NCBI GenBank assembly: GCA_001724265.1 | Contig: MEDY01000191.1 | Span: 62,001-83,164, forward strand | Length of the DNA: 21,164 nt | Direction: 5' to 3' | Origin: Rhizaria sp. SCN 62-66 | Taxonomy: Eukaryota | Part shown: piece by piece, positions 1 to 10,828 of the stretch | Numbering within the stretch: position 1 is the first letter of the stretch | How the letters are laid out: the number at the start of each line of letters is the position of its first letter | Translations under genes and position numbers: made by a program | Notes under the pieces: model-generated | Databases searched by the model: none | What the model was told of the DNA's origin: nothing | What the model saw: only the letters and a program-made list of their open reading frames with translations

Positions 1-127
1 CAATCACAATATGATAAAAGGAAGGACTTGAAAAAAAGAAATCTGAGCACAATAGCAGTTGTAATCCAACAGCTAAAGCAAAAAGTTGCGATTGAGCTAT
101 TAGTACTATACTGTTCTTGCATTGCAC

Positions 128-163
128 TCGTAAATTGAACAAAAGTCGTAAATTGAACAAAAG
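128..163. repeat. 18-bp perfect tandem duplication (TCGTAAATTGAACAAAAG x2)
   Basis: Identical units at 128-145 and 146-163, downstream of gene 1. Confidence 0.9.
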
Positions 164-324
164 ACTGACTTGTTGTACAGGGAGACAGGAACGATTCGAT
201 ACATGAATGGCGACAACAAGATGTTGTGAAAGGGTTGCGATTAAGCAACATACGCAGATGAGAGGCTGTTTTGAATCCCTGTGCCACAATCACGTCTTGC
301 TATGGAGCTATGATGTCCTCGCAC

Positions 325-2679
325 TCAGGCGCGCTTGCGTCCGCGCCCGCGGCCATTACCGACGCGCGCCATGATGGCGAGCACAAGGGTCGCGGCGGCG
401 TTGGCTGCGGCGACCAGGACGGTGCCGGCGACGGACACCACGGTCGCCGCCACGCCCCACAGATGAGCCAGCGTCGCGTCGGATGCGGCATCGCTCTCGG
501 AGACGGCACCGGTCGCACTGCCATCTCTGGCGGCGGCGACGGCGGTGTCCGCGGACGCTCTCGGGCTGGTGGTGCTGCTGCTGCTGTCATTCATGTTGGC
601 GCCCGCGACGGGGGTGCCGGGGAAGGCAAAGGAGCTGGCGCGGGTCAGCAGGCTCAGCGCGAGGCTGGGGGCGCTACTCTCGCTGCTCGCAGGCTGCTGC
701 TGAGCCGCCTGCTGCTGCTGCTGCTGCTGGCGCAGCAGGGCCTTGCGCGCCTTGCCGCTGCTGGCGCCCTTACCCGCGCGCTTCTTGCCGGGGGACTGCA
801 ACGCGAGCTGGCCGCCCGCGGCGACGGCCTTGCGCGCGGCCGCGGCCGCGTCGCGGTGCTCGTCGGCCCCGTCGTCGTCGCTATCCTCCTCGTTGTCCGT
901 CGCCCAGCCGGAGTCGTCGCCACGCGCCTCTTCCGCGTCCGCGCCGCCCTTGCTGCGCACCATAGTGACCGCCGCGCCGCTGGCGGGCGCTACTGGGGTC
1001 GCAGACGAGAAGGACGACGACGGCGACAGGGAGCCGTCACGATCCTTGCTGTCGCCGCCAGCGTTGCTGCTGAGGTTGCTGCGGTGGCCCTTGCCGGGCG
1101 TCCGCGACGCCTTGGTGCTCGCACTTGCGTTGTCGTTCATCTAATCACTCTAGCGGCGCAGACGGCGGAGCGCGGCGGCCTCGGCCTCAGCCTCAGCGGC
1201 AGCCTCAACGGCGTTGGCGGCAGCCGTGGCGGCAGCGGCGCGGGTGGCCTCGGGCCCCTGGTAGGAGAGGTAGACCTCGAGCACGGTGACCATGATGCCC
1301 GAGAGGAGCGGGCCGAGGATAACGCCGATGGTGCCGAAGACGTAGAGACCCATGGCGAGCGAGGTGCCGACGAGGAAGGTGTTGCCAGGGATGATGCCGT
1401 AGATGAGCGAGTCGCCGGCCGAGAGCAGGAGCTGGACGGTGACGACGAGCACGGCTTTGACGGGCGCGCCGGTGATGGCGAGCCCCGCGGCGACGGGGAC
1501 CCAGACGACCCAGGACGAGAGCACGGGCAGCATGGCGGTGAAGCCGGCGATGAAGGACAGGATCAGCGAGATGTCGATGCCGACGAAGAGGAACACGAGG
1601 TACGTGCCGAGCATGTGCGAGAGGCCGACAGCGGTGGAGGACACGAAGACGGACACGACGGACTTGTTGAGCGAGCGCATGAGTTTGCCCGAGTCCTCCT
1701 GCGAGAAGGGCGAGAGGTCGGTGAGCAGCCCGCCCCACGACAGCTGCGTCTGCAGGAAGTAGAAGAGGCACGACGCAAAGGTCACGAACGAAACAAGCAG
1801 CGAGACCGAGTCAGCGAGCACGCCCAGGACGCCGCCCAGCGCGCCCGTGAGGTGGTTGCTAAACTGCATCGCAGTGTCGACGATCGTGGTCTTCACCACC
1901 GCGGCGTCCCAGGGCGGCAGCTCCCAACCCCACGTCTTGGCGTAGCGCTCGAACCAGAGGTAGTAGGGCGAGGAGCCGAAGTCGTCAAGCAGCGTCTGGA
2001 ACTGCGGGTTCTCGTCAACGAAGGCCTGGATCTTGGCGACCAGTGCCTGGGACTCAGAGATACACGACTTGACGAAGAGGAAGAGCGGGAAACAGACGAG
2101 GAAGGCGACGACGGCGAGGCACAGTGTGGCCGCCACAGTCGAGCGATTCGCCCAGATGAGGAAGGACCAGGCGGAAAAGACGACGGTGGCAACGAGCACG
2201 TTGAGCAACGCCTCGGAGCTGGTGAGCAGGATGAGGACGTAGACGGCGAGCGAGCACAGGTACACGGGGACGCGGTAGGCAGAGATGGCGACGTCGAGCC
2301 GGTCCAGCGCGCGCGTCGTCACCAGCAGCGGCTTGTGCAGGAACACGGACCAAAGCAGCGCCCAGAGGATCGGAGTGAGGTGCGGCAGCAACATGAGGCC
2401 GTTGTAGTAGACGAGCAGCACGATGAAGAGCAGCACGAGCACCTGCGACAGAAAGTCGAACGTGCGCTGGATGCGCGCCTTCTTCAGCTGGTTGTGGATC
2501 TTCATCAGATCAGAGTCGCTGGGGGCAAACAGAGAGGACGATGAGCACTGCTGCATACCACCCGCACTCGCGTCAGCGGAGCCAGAGGCATCAGAGGTTG
2601 TTGCAGACTTGTTCTGCCTGTCGCTGCTGGCGGCGTTAGGGGCTCCAGAGCCCTGTGCGCCGCGGTTCTTAGCGGACAT
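325..2679 (-). CDS. TMEM245-like / AI-2E transporter superfamily multi-pass membrane protein; 784 aa if TAGs at 1150-1152 and 1141-1143 are read as sense (509 aa if TAG is a stop)
   Basis: ATG at 2679. Many hydrophobic helices. Motifs HLTPILWALLWSVFLHKP, LSFIAGFTAMLPVLSSWVVWVP and GLYVFGTIGVILGPLLSGIMVTVLEVY resemble TMEM245/AI-2E proteins. ORF 1150..2688 and ORF 325..1140 are in the same frame, separated only by TAG AGT GAT TAG. Terminal TGA at 325-327. Confidence 0.8.
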
Positions 2680-3776
2680 TATGCCCACAAAAGATGTCGC
2701 TGCGCAGGTCAGGCATGTAGGTCCGGTTGCATTGCAAGATCAGTTCAATGACAAACGAATGGGTGCGGGAGAAGGTAAGTGAGTGAGCATGTGGATTTAG
2801 GCGTGAGGGTTGATTTTGGCGAGTCAATTTGTCAACAGGGTGATCGTCAAAGACAAGTGTTTTCACAGAAAATGACTGCATTTATAAAAATAAACGCAAT
2901 GTTCATAAAACATAACGGTGCCTTATGGATTCGACTCAGGACGCATCAATCTACGTCGGGGCCAGCTGTGCGCCAACTCCATACTGGCGCTCGCGCGGAT
3001 AATGTGATGCGCAGCCCAACGAAAATACGTATCTCCCTCAGCTACGCTCGCCTGAAAGATATTTTTCTGCATACTTTCACTAGATATCATAAGATGTTCG
3101 TGTGACAGACAGTATGCGTACATTTTGAGTTCATTCATGAACGTATGTACCCCCAAATCCATGTTGATAGTTTAAAACGAGTGACATTTGAATGAGCATG
3201 CATTTGTATTGCTTTCTCAGTTGCGAGCACAGAACGCATCATTTTGTGCACGTATAAAAGGTTTTGGATATTGAACAGTAGACTATAGAATGGAGGGTCT
3301 GCGCAGACAGAGAGGCGCAGCCACACTTGTTGAGACTAACTAAGCGATTGGCAGACACGAGGCAGAATCAGACAACAAGCCACTTCGCACAGACATTAAG
3401 TACGGAGAAAAAACTGGAACTGAAAGCGAAACACGACAGCGCAACGAAACTAAGAGATACAATAGATTGAGATGATACACTGAACATAAGCACATGATTT
3501 GGGAAAACATTTAAAAATATGCACTAAAAATGCTACTATCGTCAATTTTTGGCATGGTGTGAGAACTGATGCAGCAAAGCTCAAGACCCGAACTAGTCGC
3601 CGCGCGCGCTCAACGCCGCATACATGGTACTTAGACAGTGAAGACACTTAGAGAGCAAAAAAGGAAACAAAAGAAGAGATAAAATAGATACTGAGCTGTT
3701 TGGGAGCAGGCTTAAATTCATCCGTTGCCACTCCCCGCTCGCAGCAGCCAGCGGCACCGGCAGCAGACAGCACACC

Positions 3777-4046
3777 TTACTGCTACTGGTGCTGCTGCTG
3801 CTGCTGGAGCTGGCGCTACTGGTGGTCCGCGACGACCTGCGCGACGAAGATCTGCAGCAGCTGGTCGGGGCCGACGTGCTCGAACTGGCCCTGCAGCCCA
3901 GCCAGCTGCTGCAGCCACGCCGCCAGCACCGCCTCGCGCTCCGTGGGGACGGGCTCGACCAGCTCCGCCAGCTGCCGCAGCTGCTGCACATGCGACTCCT
4001 GCAGCTGCAGCAGCTGTTGCTGCTGCGGCTGCTGCGGCTGTTGCTG

Positions 4047-4089
<43 letters not shown>

Positions 4090-5025
4090 AGCTGCTGCTG
4101 GTAGTGCAGCTGTTGATGCTGTTGAAAGTACTGCTGCTGCTGCTGCTGCTGCTGCTGTTGTTGTTGCTGTGCCTGCGCCATTGCCTGAGCCTGAACCTGT
4201 GCCTGTGCCAGCGCTTGGGCCTGCGCCTGCGCCTGCGCCTGCGCCTGTTGCGCGAGGAGGAGCGCCTGGAGGTTGTCGAGCGCCTGCTGGTTCCCCTGCG
4301 CGATCTGCAGCGCGACCGCGTCGCCGAAGCCCGCCGACTCGCGCAGCGCCTGCAGCCCCGCGGGGCCGAGCGCGGCCAGGTCGCTGGCGCTCAGGCCCAT
4401 GCCGGCTACCTGCGCGGCGAGCTGAGCGGCGACCGGAGCCTGCGGCGCGGCGGGCGGCACCCCCAGGCCGCCGCCTACCGGGGCGCCCGCGAGGACCAGC
4501 GCCTGCAGCAGGAGCTGCTGCTGCTGCTGTTGCTGCTGGAGCTGTTGCTGCTGCTGCTGCTGCTGCTGGATTTCGACCTGGAACTGGTGCTGCTGCTGCA
4601 CCTGCTTGAGCTGCCGCTGCATTTGCTGCTGCTGCTGCTTCTTCTGCTGCTTCTTGTCCAGCGGCCCGGGAGACAGCTGAGGCGCGGCGCCAGTGAGCAT
4701 GTACCCGTTCGCTGCGGCTGCAGCTGCCGCGGCGGCGGCGCGGGCCTCCTCGAGCGCGCGCTTGCGCTCGCGCCCGTCGCGGTCGCGCTCCTCGCGGGCC
4801 CGCGCAGCCGCCGCGACCTCGGTTGCAGCCACGGCCGGGGGCGCCCATTCGGCCCACTTGTCGGCCACCAGCGCGCGCGCCTCGGCCAGCACGGCGCTGA
4901 CCACGGGCAGGATCGCCTCGATGTCGCGCTCCAGCTCCGCGGCCGGCCGCGGGACGGAGGCGTCCAGCTCGGCCAACGCCGCGGCGTCGGCCGCGGCCTC
5001 GGCGGCCTCCGGGTCCTGCTCAGCC

Positions 5026-5057
<32 letters not shown>

Positions 5058-8000
5058 ACCGTCGCTGCCCGCACCACCAGCACCAGAGCGAGCGGCAGCG
5101 TTGTCGTCATCGTCGTCGTCTTCCTCGTCGTCGGTGGCGGCTGCGGCTGCGGGGCTGGGGGAGGCCAGCGGGGGCAGCCCGGAGCTGCGGCGCGTGCTCG
5201 TTTGCATCGGCACCCCCGTCTTGTTCCACCACGGCAGTCCGCCGTTCGCACCCCCACTCGCACTCGAGCCGGAGCCGGACTCGGCGGCAGCTTTCGAGCT
5301 AGCAGCAGCCGTCTTGCCGCTGGCCTCACCCTGTCCCTGGCTCTGGCTCTGGCTCGCCCGCGGCTTAGGGGCGAACGCGGGCCCGCCCTCGGCCGCGCGC
5401 CTGCGGCGCTCGTCGCTGTGGAGGTAGCCCGCGACGAGGCGCTTGGGCAGGCGCAGGCGCAGCGACGCCGCAGGCGGGTCCCAGTCGCTGGCGTCAGCCA
5501 GCTCGACGGCGCCCGCGAGTGGGTGCGACGGATCCAGCAGCTCGGGCGCGAACGCGGACCCGTCAGCCGCGATCACCACGATGCCGCGCGCGTTGGCCGC
5601 CGCCGCCCAGGCCGCCGCGTCGTCGGCCGCACCGGCGCCGGCGCCGTCGCCGCCCGCTGCTGCTCCCGATCCAGCTGCTACGCCTGCTGCTGCGCCTGCT
5701 GCTGCTGCTGCTGCGGCGGCGGCGGCGGCGGCACCGGGGGCCTTGGTGTTCCCGCCGAAGAGCTCCGCGGCGCGGCGCGTGATGGGCGGCGCCTTGAAGT
5801 TGGGCCGCGTGTCGGCCTCGTCGTCGGTGTGCTACTCGTCGCTCTCGCCGCAGTAGACGCCGGGCTGCAAGTCGGGGTCCGTCTGCGCCTGCGCCTGGAG
5901 CGCGGCCACCGAGGGCGGCGGCGGGCGCGCGGTCGCGAAGCGCGCGCGCACTGAGGGCAGCACCAGGGCCGCGATGCGGTCGGCTACGTTCGACGGCGAG
6001 TCGACGTCGGCGAAGTAGCGTGACTGGAAGCAAACAAACAATCGAAATTGGAATAGGACAACGCGATATGTGAGAATTATGAAGTGAAAACAAAATAATC
6101 AAGGTTAAAACAAAGTAAACAATATTATATGAAGTAGTTATACGTGCAAGAATAAGATATCATTTCGTTTTCTCTTCATAGTGTTGCGTTTTAGCATACC
6201 TGCAGGTCCATCTCATCGAGCGCGGGCAGCGGGATGATCCGCAGGTCCTCCCCGCTGGCGACGATCGCCTCCACAGTGGGCGCCTCCTCTGGCCCCTGGC
6301 CCTGCAGCCGCTGCTCGGCGTGCTTGGCGAGCGCGCCGGGGAGCCAGTTGCGCTGGAGCCAGTCTGCGCGCAGGTCCCGGAGCCGCGCCTCGAGCACGTG
6401 GCCCGCGACGCGGTACTCGACCAGCTGTTCGTGCTCCAGCGCCACGCGCTCGTAGTCGCGCGCGCGCCGCAGCCGCCGCTGGTGCAGGCGCCGCAACAGG
6501 CGCAGCCGCTTCCAGCCGCGCTGCAGCGTGCGAAGTTCGCGCTCGCGGTCGCGGCGCGCGGCGTCGAGCGCCGCCAAGCGCTGCGCTTCGCGCGCCGCCT
6601 TGTCGTCCTCGCGCTTGCGCCGCTGCTGCTCGGCGTGGGCGCGCCGCTCCGCCTCGATGCCGCGCAGCCGCTCCAGCTCCGCCTCCTTGCGGTCCGCCAC
6701 CGTCACGCGCGAGCGCTCCGAGCGCTTGCGCGGCAGCAGCTGCAGCCGCATGCGCCGCTCGGCGGCGCGCGCCTTGGTCGCGAACGACGCCCACAGAGGC
6801 GGCAGCACCGCAGTCAGCAGCGCCGTGTGCAGCGCGGCGGCAGCGCGCACGGCGCCCGCGGCGCGCGGGAAGGGCGACGGAAGCGCGAGACGCGCGGCAA
6901 CGCGCGCGCGGGCGGCCGCCTTGCTGTCACCGTCCTCGTCTTCGTCGTCCTCGTCGCTCTCCTCGTCGTCGTCGCCGCCGTGGCGGGGATGCGCCGTGGC
7001 AGCAGCCTTGCCGTGGCCGCCGCCGTCCGCGCCGTTGTCGTCGCCGTCCTCGTCGTCTGCGGCGGCCGCGGCGGCGGTCTGCGCGTTGCGCAGCGCGCGC
7101 GCGGCGCGGGCCTCCTTCTCCGCGGCGGCGGCGGCGGTTGGCGCGACTGCAAGCGCGCCGCGCAGCGCGTGGGCCAGAGCCTCGAGCTCGGGCAGCGAGG
7201 TTGCCACCACAGTCCACACCGGGGTCGGGGCGGGGGGCACGAACAGCCAGCCGGGACACTCTTCCAGCAGGTCGATCGCGCTCGCACTCGCGCTGGCGCT
7301 GGCGTTGGCAGCAGAGGCAGCGTTGTGGCCGTCGTCGTCGTCGGCGTCAGAGGCGAGGTCGGAGTCGTCGCTGACGTCGCTGTAATTGTTGGCCCCGTCG
7401 CTCTCGCTGGCGTCACCGTCGCTGTCAGCCTCGGACGCAGCCTCGGAATCGGACGCATCAGCCGCAGACTCGGCCTCGGCCTCAGTCTCAGAGGACTCCG
7501 ACTCTGTTTCTGACTCAGTCTCGGAACTCTGCTCATGCGCACGTTTGCGCCCGCCGCGGGCCGCGCCGCCCCGGACGGTCGTGGCCTTGGCCGCCGCGGC
7601 CTTAGCAGGCGTCTTCTGCCCCCGCGCACTGGCGCCCTTGGTCGATGCGCCCTTGACGGGGGTGGCCCTGGCGGAGCGGGATCCGCGGGGACTGGCGAGC
7701 TCGACCTCGCTCTCACTGCCACTCTCGCTGCCACTGCCACTCTCGCTGCCGCTGGCGTCGTCGCTGCCGCTAGAGCCGCGCCTAGCGCGCTTGGACGTAT
7801 TGCTGCCGCCACGGCCGCCGCGGCCGCCGCGACCACCGCGACCGCCGCGGCCGCCGCGGCTCGTCGGGGTCTTAGCCGGGGTCTCCTTGGCCGGAGTCTT
7901 ACCGCCCTTGCCGCCCCTGCCGCCGCTGCCCTTGCTGGGCGTCTGGTTCTTCGCCCGCTCGGCCTTAGCCGCGGCCTTGGCCTCGGCCGCCGCGGCCTTG

Positions 8001-9990
8001 GCCTCGGCCCTGGCCCTGGCCCGCGCCTTGTCGCGCCGCCGGTCGCGCCGCGCCTTCTCGCGCGCGTTCTTGGCGGCCACCGCGCTGTCACGGCCGCCGG
8101 TGAGCTGCGGCGCGACGGGCGTCTCGCGCCACACCCACGTGTCGTCGGGAGCGAAGCGCCAGTAGAGCCCGCCGCAGCCGTCGGCGCCGATGGGGCGCGG
8201 CCGCAGCCACTCGAGGTCCGCGCCGGGCGCCGCCGCCGCCGTCTCGTGCTCGGTCAGCGCGGCGCCGTGCGGGTGCGGCGCGAGGAGCGCGGCGACGGCG
8301 GCCGTGCCGGCGGGCGGGACGGCCAGCTCGGGCGGCGGGAGCGGCGGGCAGCCCGCGTGAGCCTCCTTGAAGAGCGTGTCGGCAGTGTCGAGCTGGTGTT
8401 GGCACAGCAGCAGCAGCACGTGCAGCCGCTCCTCCACGCTCAGCGCGGAGAACGACCGCAGCGCCGGCGCGGGCGCGGGGGCGGACGCCGGCGCGGGCGC
8501 AGCACTGGTAGTCGTGACGGGGTCCGTGTCCGTGTCCGCGGCGGCAGCGGCAGAGGCGGCGGTGGCGGAGGGCGGGGGCGCGGGGCCGTGCACTGCGGCA
8601 GCGGCAGCGCCGTCGCCGTCGGTCATAGCTGTAATTGCAGTCTCACCGGCGATCGCAGTAAGGGATGTGTCCGCAGAGTCTGTAGTCTTGCTCTTGCCGG
8701 CCTCGGTCTCGGACTCTGAGCCGGAGTGCTCATGCTCGTTGTCGTGGTCGTGGTCAGAGTGATCGTGGTCGTCATGATCGTCCTCGTCGTCGTCCTCCTC
8801 ATGGTCATGGTCATGTTCGTGGTCATCGGCGTCGGCGTCGGCGTCGGCAGCGGCGCCACTGCTGCTGCTGCTGCCGCTGCCGCCGCTGCTCTTGGCCGCG
8901 TTGGCGGCGCGCGCGGCGGCGCGGGCGGCGTTGCTCCTGTTACGGCTGCGGCTGCTGCCGCCGAGCCAGAGCCGGCTGCGGTTGCGCGAGCCGCTGCGCG
9001 CGCCGTTGGCGAGGGCCCTCTCAGCGGCGCGCTCGGCGGCGGCCGCGGCGGCCTGCGCCTTGGCCTCTGCGCGGGCCTTGTCGACGGCGGCCTGCTCGGC
9101 ATTGGTGAGCCGCGGCGCCGTCATGGGCGTCCCGCGCAGGTCGTAGGCGACGGCGACGTCGGCCAGCACGGCGCGCAGCACCTCGGGCCAGCGGTGGAAG
9201 TGGGACTCGCGCAGGCGCTTGAGCGACAGGCCGGCCGCGGGCACGCCCGGGATGTCGCGGCCCTTGTCGAAGATGAGCCGCCAGATGAGGTGGCCGAAAA
9301 GCGGGGAGGAGTCGGGGAAGATAATCGCCTGCTCCAGCTCGTCCAGCGTGTAAGGGCCCAGCGCGAACCAGGGCTTGAAGGCGACGACGAACGACACCAG
9401 GGCGGCGAAGCGCCACGAGGGGCGCAGCTCGGCTGGGTGGGCGCGGGGTGGGGAGCAAAAAAGAGAGAGGGACGCAGAAAAAGCCGTTGTAAAATATAGA
9501 GCGAGTGTTCAAGTGAGCGGTGCAGATGTGGGGCGCAATGCGAGCGAGATGAAAAGAGACACTGTGCGCGTTTTGGCGCTCTCGACCAGATACTCCGATG
9601 ACAGCAGATTCGGGGCGAAAGAGTGGTTTGGGCGCGCAGAAGCGTTACAGCGCGCAACAAGCAGGTGCCAAGCAGCTGAGTATCTGGTACATCGGCGGCG
9701 CCGGCGTTGGGCAGAGCGTGGCACGGTGCCAGCGCAGGCGAAGGGCAGAACAGGCGTGTGCGCGGGCTGCCGTCAGAGTGATGTGTGGTGGCGGGACGCG
9801 TCGGGGCGTGCGAAGAAGCGAAACAGGGATATAAATAGCATGGCAAGATAAGAAACGTACCCCGAAGACGGTCCGCCTCTGCGGACGTGTTGCGCTGGAA
9901 GATTTCGTGCTGCGTGAGCTCGTGGTCGTCCTCATCGGGCGCCTGCGAGGGGGAGCCGAGGGGCTGTCCGGCGCCATGTGAGCCGCTCAT
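3777..9990 (-). CDS. DDT-WHIM domain chromatin-remodelling accessory protein (RSF1/CECR2/plant DDT-like), about 1869 aa; join complement(9861..9990, 6200..9432, 3777..6023) with three internal TAG codons
   Basis: Splicing exon 1 to exon 2 rebuilds a DDT-like segment (RLRAELRPSWRFAALVSFVVAFKPWFALGPYTLDELEQAII...LIWRLI). WHIM1-like FSALSVEERLHVLLLLCQHQL; WHIM2-like LRPRPIGADGCGGLYWRF...WVWRE; WHIM3-like WTVVATSLPELEALAHAL. Both introns are GT-AG and phase-compatible. Exon 3 stays in one frame through TAGs at 5832, 3816 and 3783 to TAA at 3777-3779. The 3' end depends on the genetic code. Confidence 0.8.
3780..4650 (-). repeat. CAG/CAA-rich polyglutamine and (QA)n coding region at the C-terminus of the DDT-WHIM protein
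   Basis: Long (CTG)n/(TTG)n runs on the + strand at about 3790-3806, 4000-4170 and 4510-4650, plus GCCTGC hexamer repeats at about 4170-4245. Confidence 0.9.
6024..6199 (-). other. Spliceosomal intron 2 of the DDT-WHIM gene (176 nt, phase 0)
   Basis: Donor CAG|GTATGC, acceptor TGTTTGTTTGCTTCCAG|TCA, AT-rich; joins DEMDLQ to SRYFADVD in frame. Confidence 0.88.
9433..9860 (-). other. Spliceosomal intron 1 of the DDT-WHIM gene (428 nt, phase 1)
   Basis: Donor G|GTACGT; pyrimidine tract ending CCCACCCAG|CC; the splice restores the N-terminal helix of the DDT domain. Confidence 0.78.
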
Positions 9991-10509
9991 TTACCAACGC
10001 AATTACTCACCAAACAAAGCTGTGGGTGTTCACACAACAATCAGAAATGTAAAAAATTGAGTGTCAATCTCCAAAATGCTTGGAAAATTTCACCTCTCAA
10101 TCGTCTACACACGTCAGTTCGAAATTCATCTTCGCGCCGACACGCCTCATCAGCAATCGCTCTCGGCGCGGGACCGACTGACCGACCGCCGAGGAGGTTC
10201 CCAAAAATCCCAGCCCTCGTTTCGCTCTGAGAGCGAAGGAGCACTTTGGTGAACGTATCTTCTGCGTTCTATCACGACCGTTGCTGTCCGTCTGCGTCAT
10301 TGTTTAGCGCTGACCACAAACATTGAGCATTTTTCTTACGTTTTCTTTTGCAAAACCTCTCACTTTCGTTTCTACCCTTCCTGCGCCTTATTCTTCTGGG
10401 TGCTTCCCAGACTAGGTTCGTTTCTCTTCCTTCGACCTACGACCGCGCTCCGTTGCTCTTCCTCAAAGTCTCTTCTACTTCTGTCTGACGGACACGTTGT
10501 GCGATTGTC

Positions 10510-10783
10510 ATGAGCAGCCCCTCCCCAGCTGCAGTGAAGCCCTTCGCGCTGGGCGCAGCACTGGGCGTCGCCTCGGCTGCGGTCGCCTTCTGGCTCTTCT
10601 CTCGTCTCGCCCCCTCGCCCTCAAAGAACAGTAATGTGGGTGTGAACGCCTCCGCGTTGAGTCTGGCCGAGGATGGCGATACGCCGCCGCCGCTCTCCCC
10701 GCTCCCGCTGCCGACTGCCACATCTGTCACTGTTTCCGTACCGCCCCAGCGCGCTCCGCTGCACGTATCCGTCGCCGACGCAG

Positions 10784-10828
<45 letters not shown>

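Noticed and set aside
1141-1165. Micro-intron removing TAG-AGT-GAT-TAG
   Set aside because: The nearest GT...AG candidates are 8 or 23 nt, shift the frame and do not match the donor pattern or intron sizes seen in this window.
271-2544. 757-aa plus-strand ORF (likewise 4104..5954 +, 11347..13299 -, 18285..19409 + and many smaller ones)
   Set aside because: Antisense or alternate-frame shadows of GC-rich genes; no recognisable motifs, mostly non-ATG starts, and the opposite strand carries the identifiable protein.
2700-3700. Short ORFs in the AT-rich spacer between genes 1 and 2
   Set aside because: They lack the GC3 bias of real exons here and show no recognisable motifs; treated as UTR/promoter sequence.
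1141-5834. Pseudogene explanation for the internal TAGs
   Set aside because: All five interruptions are TAG, with no frameshifts or internal TGA, intact splice sites and intact domain motifs. Random decay would not be so codon-specific. Not formally excluded without expression data.
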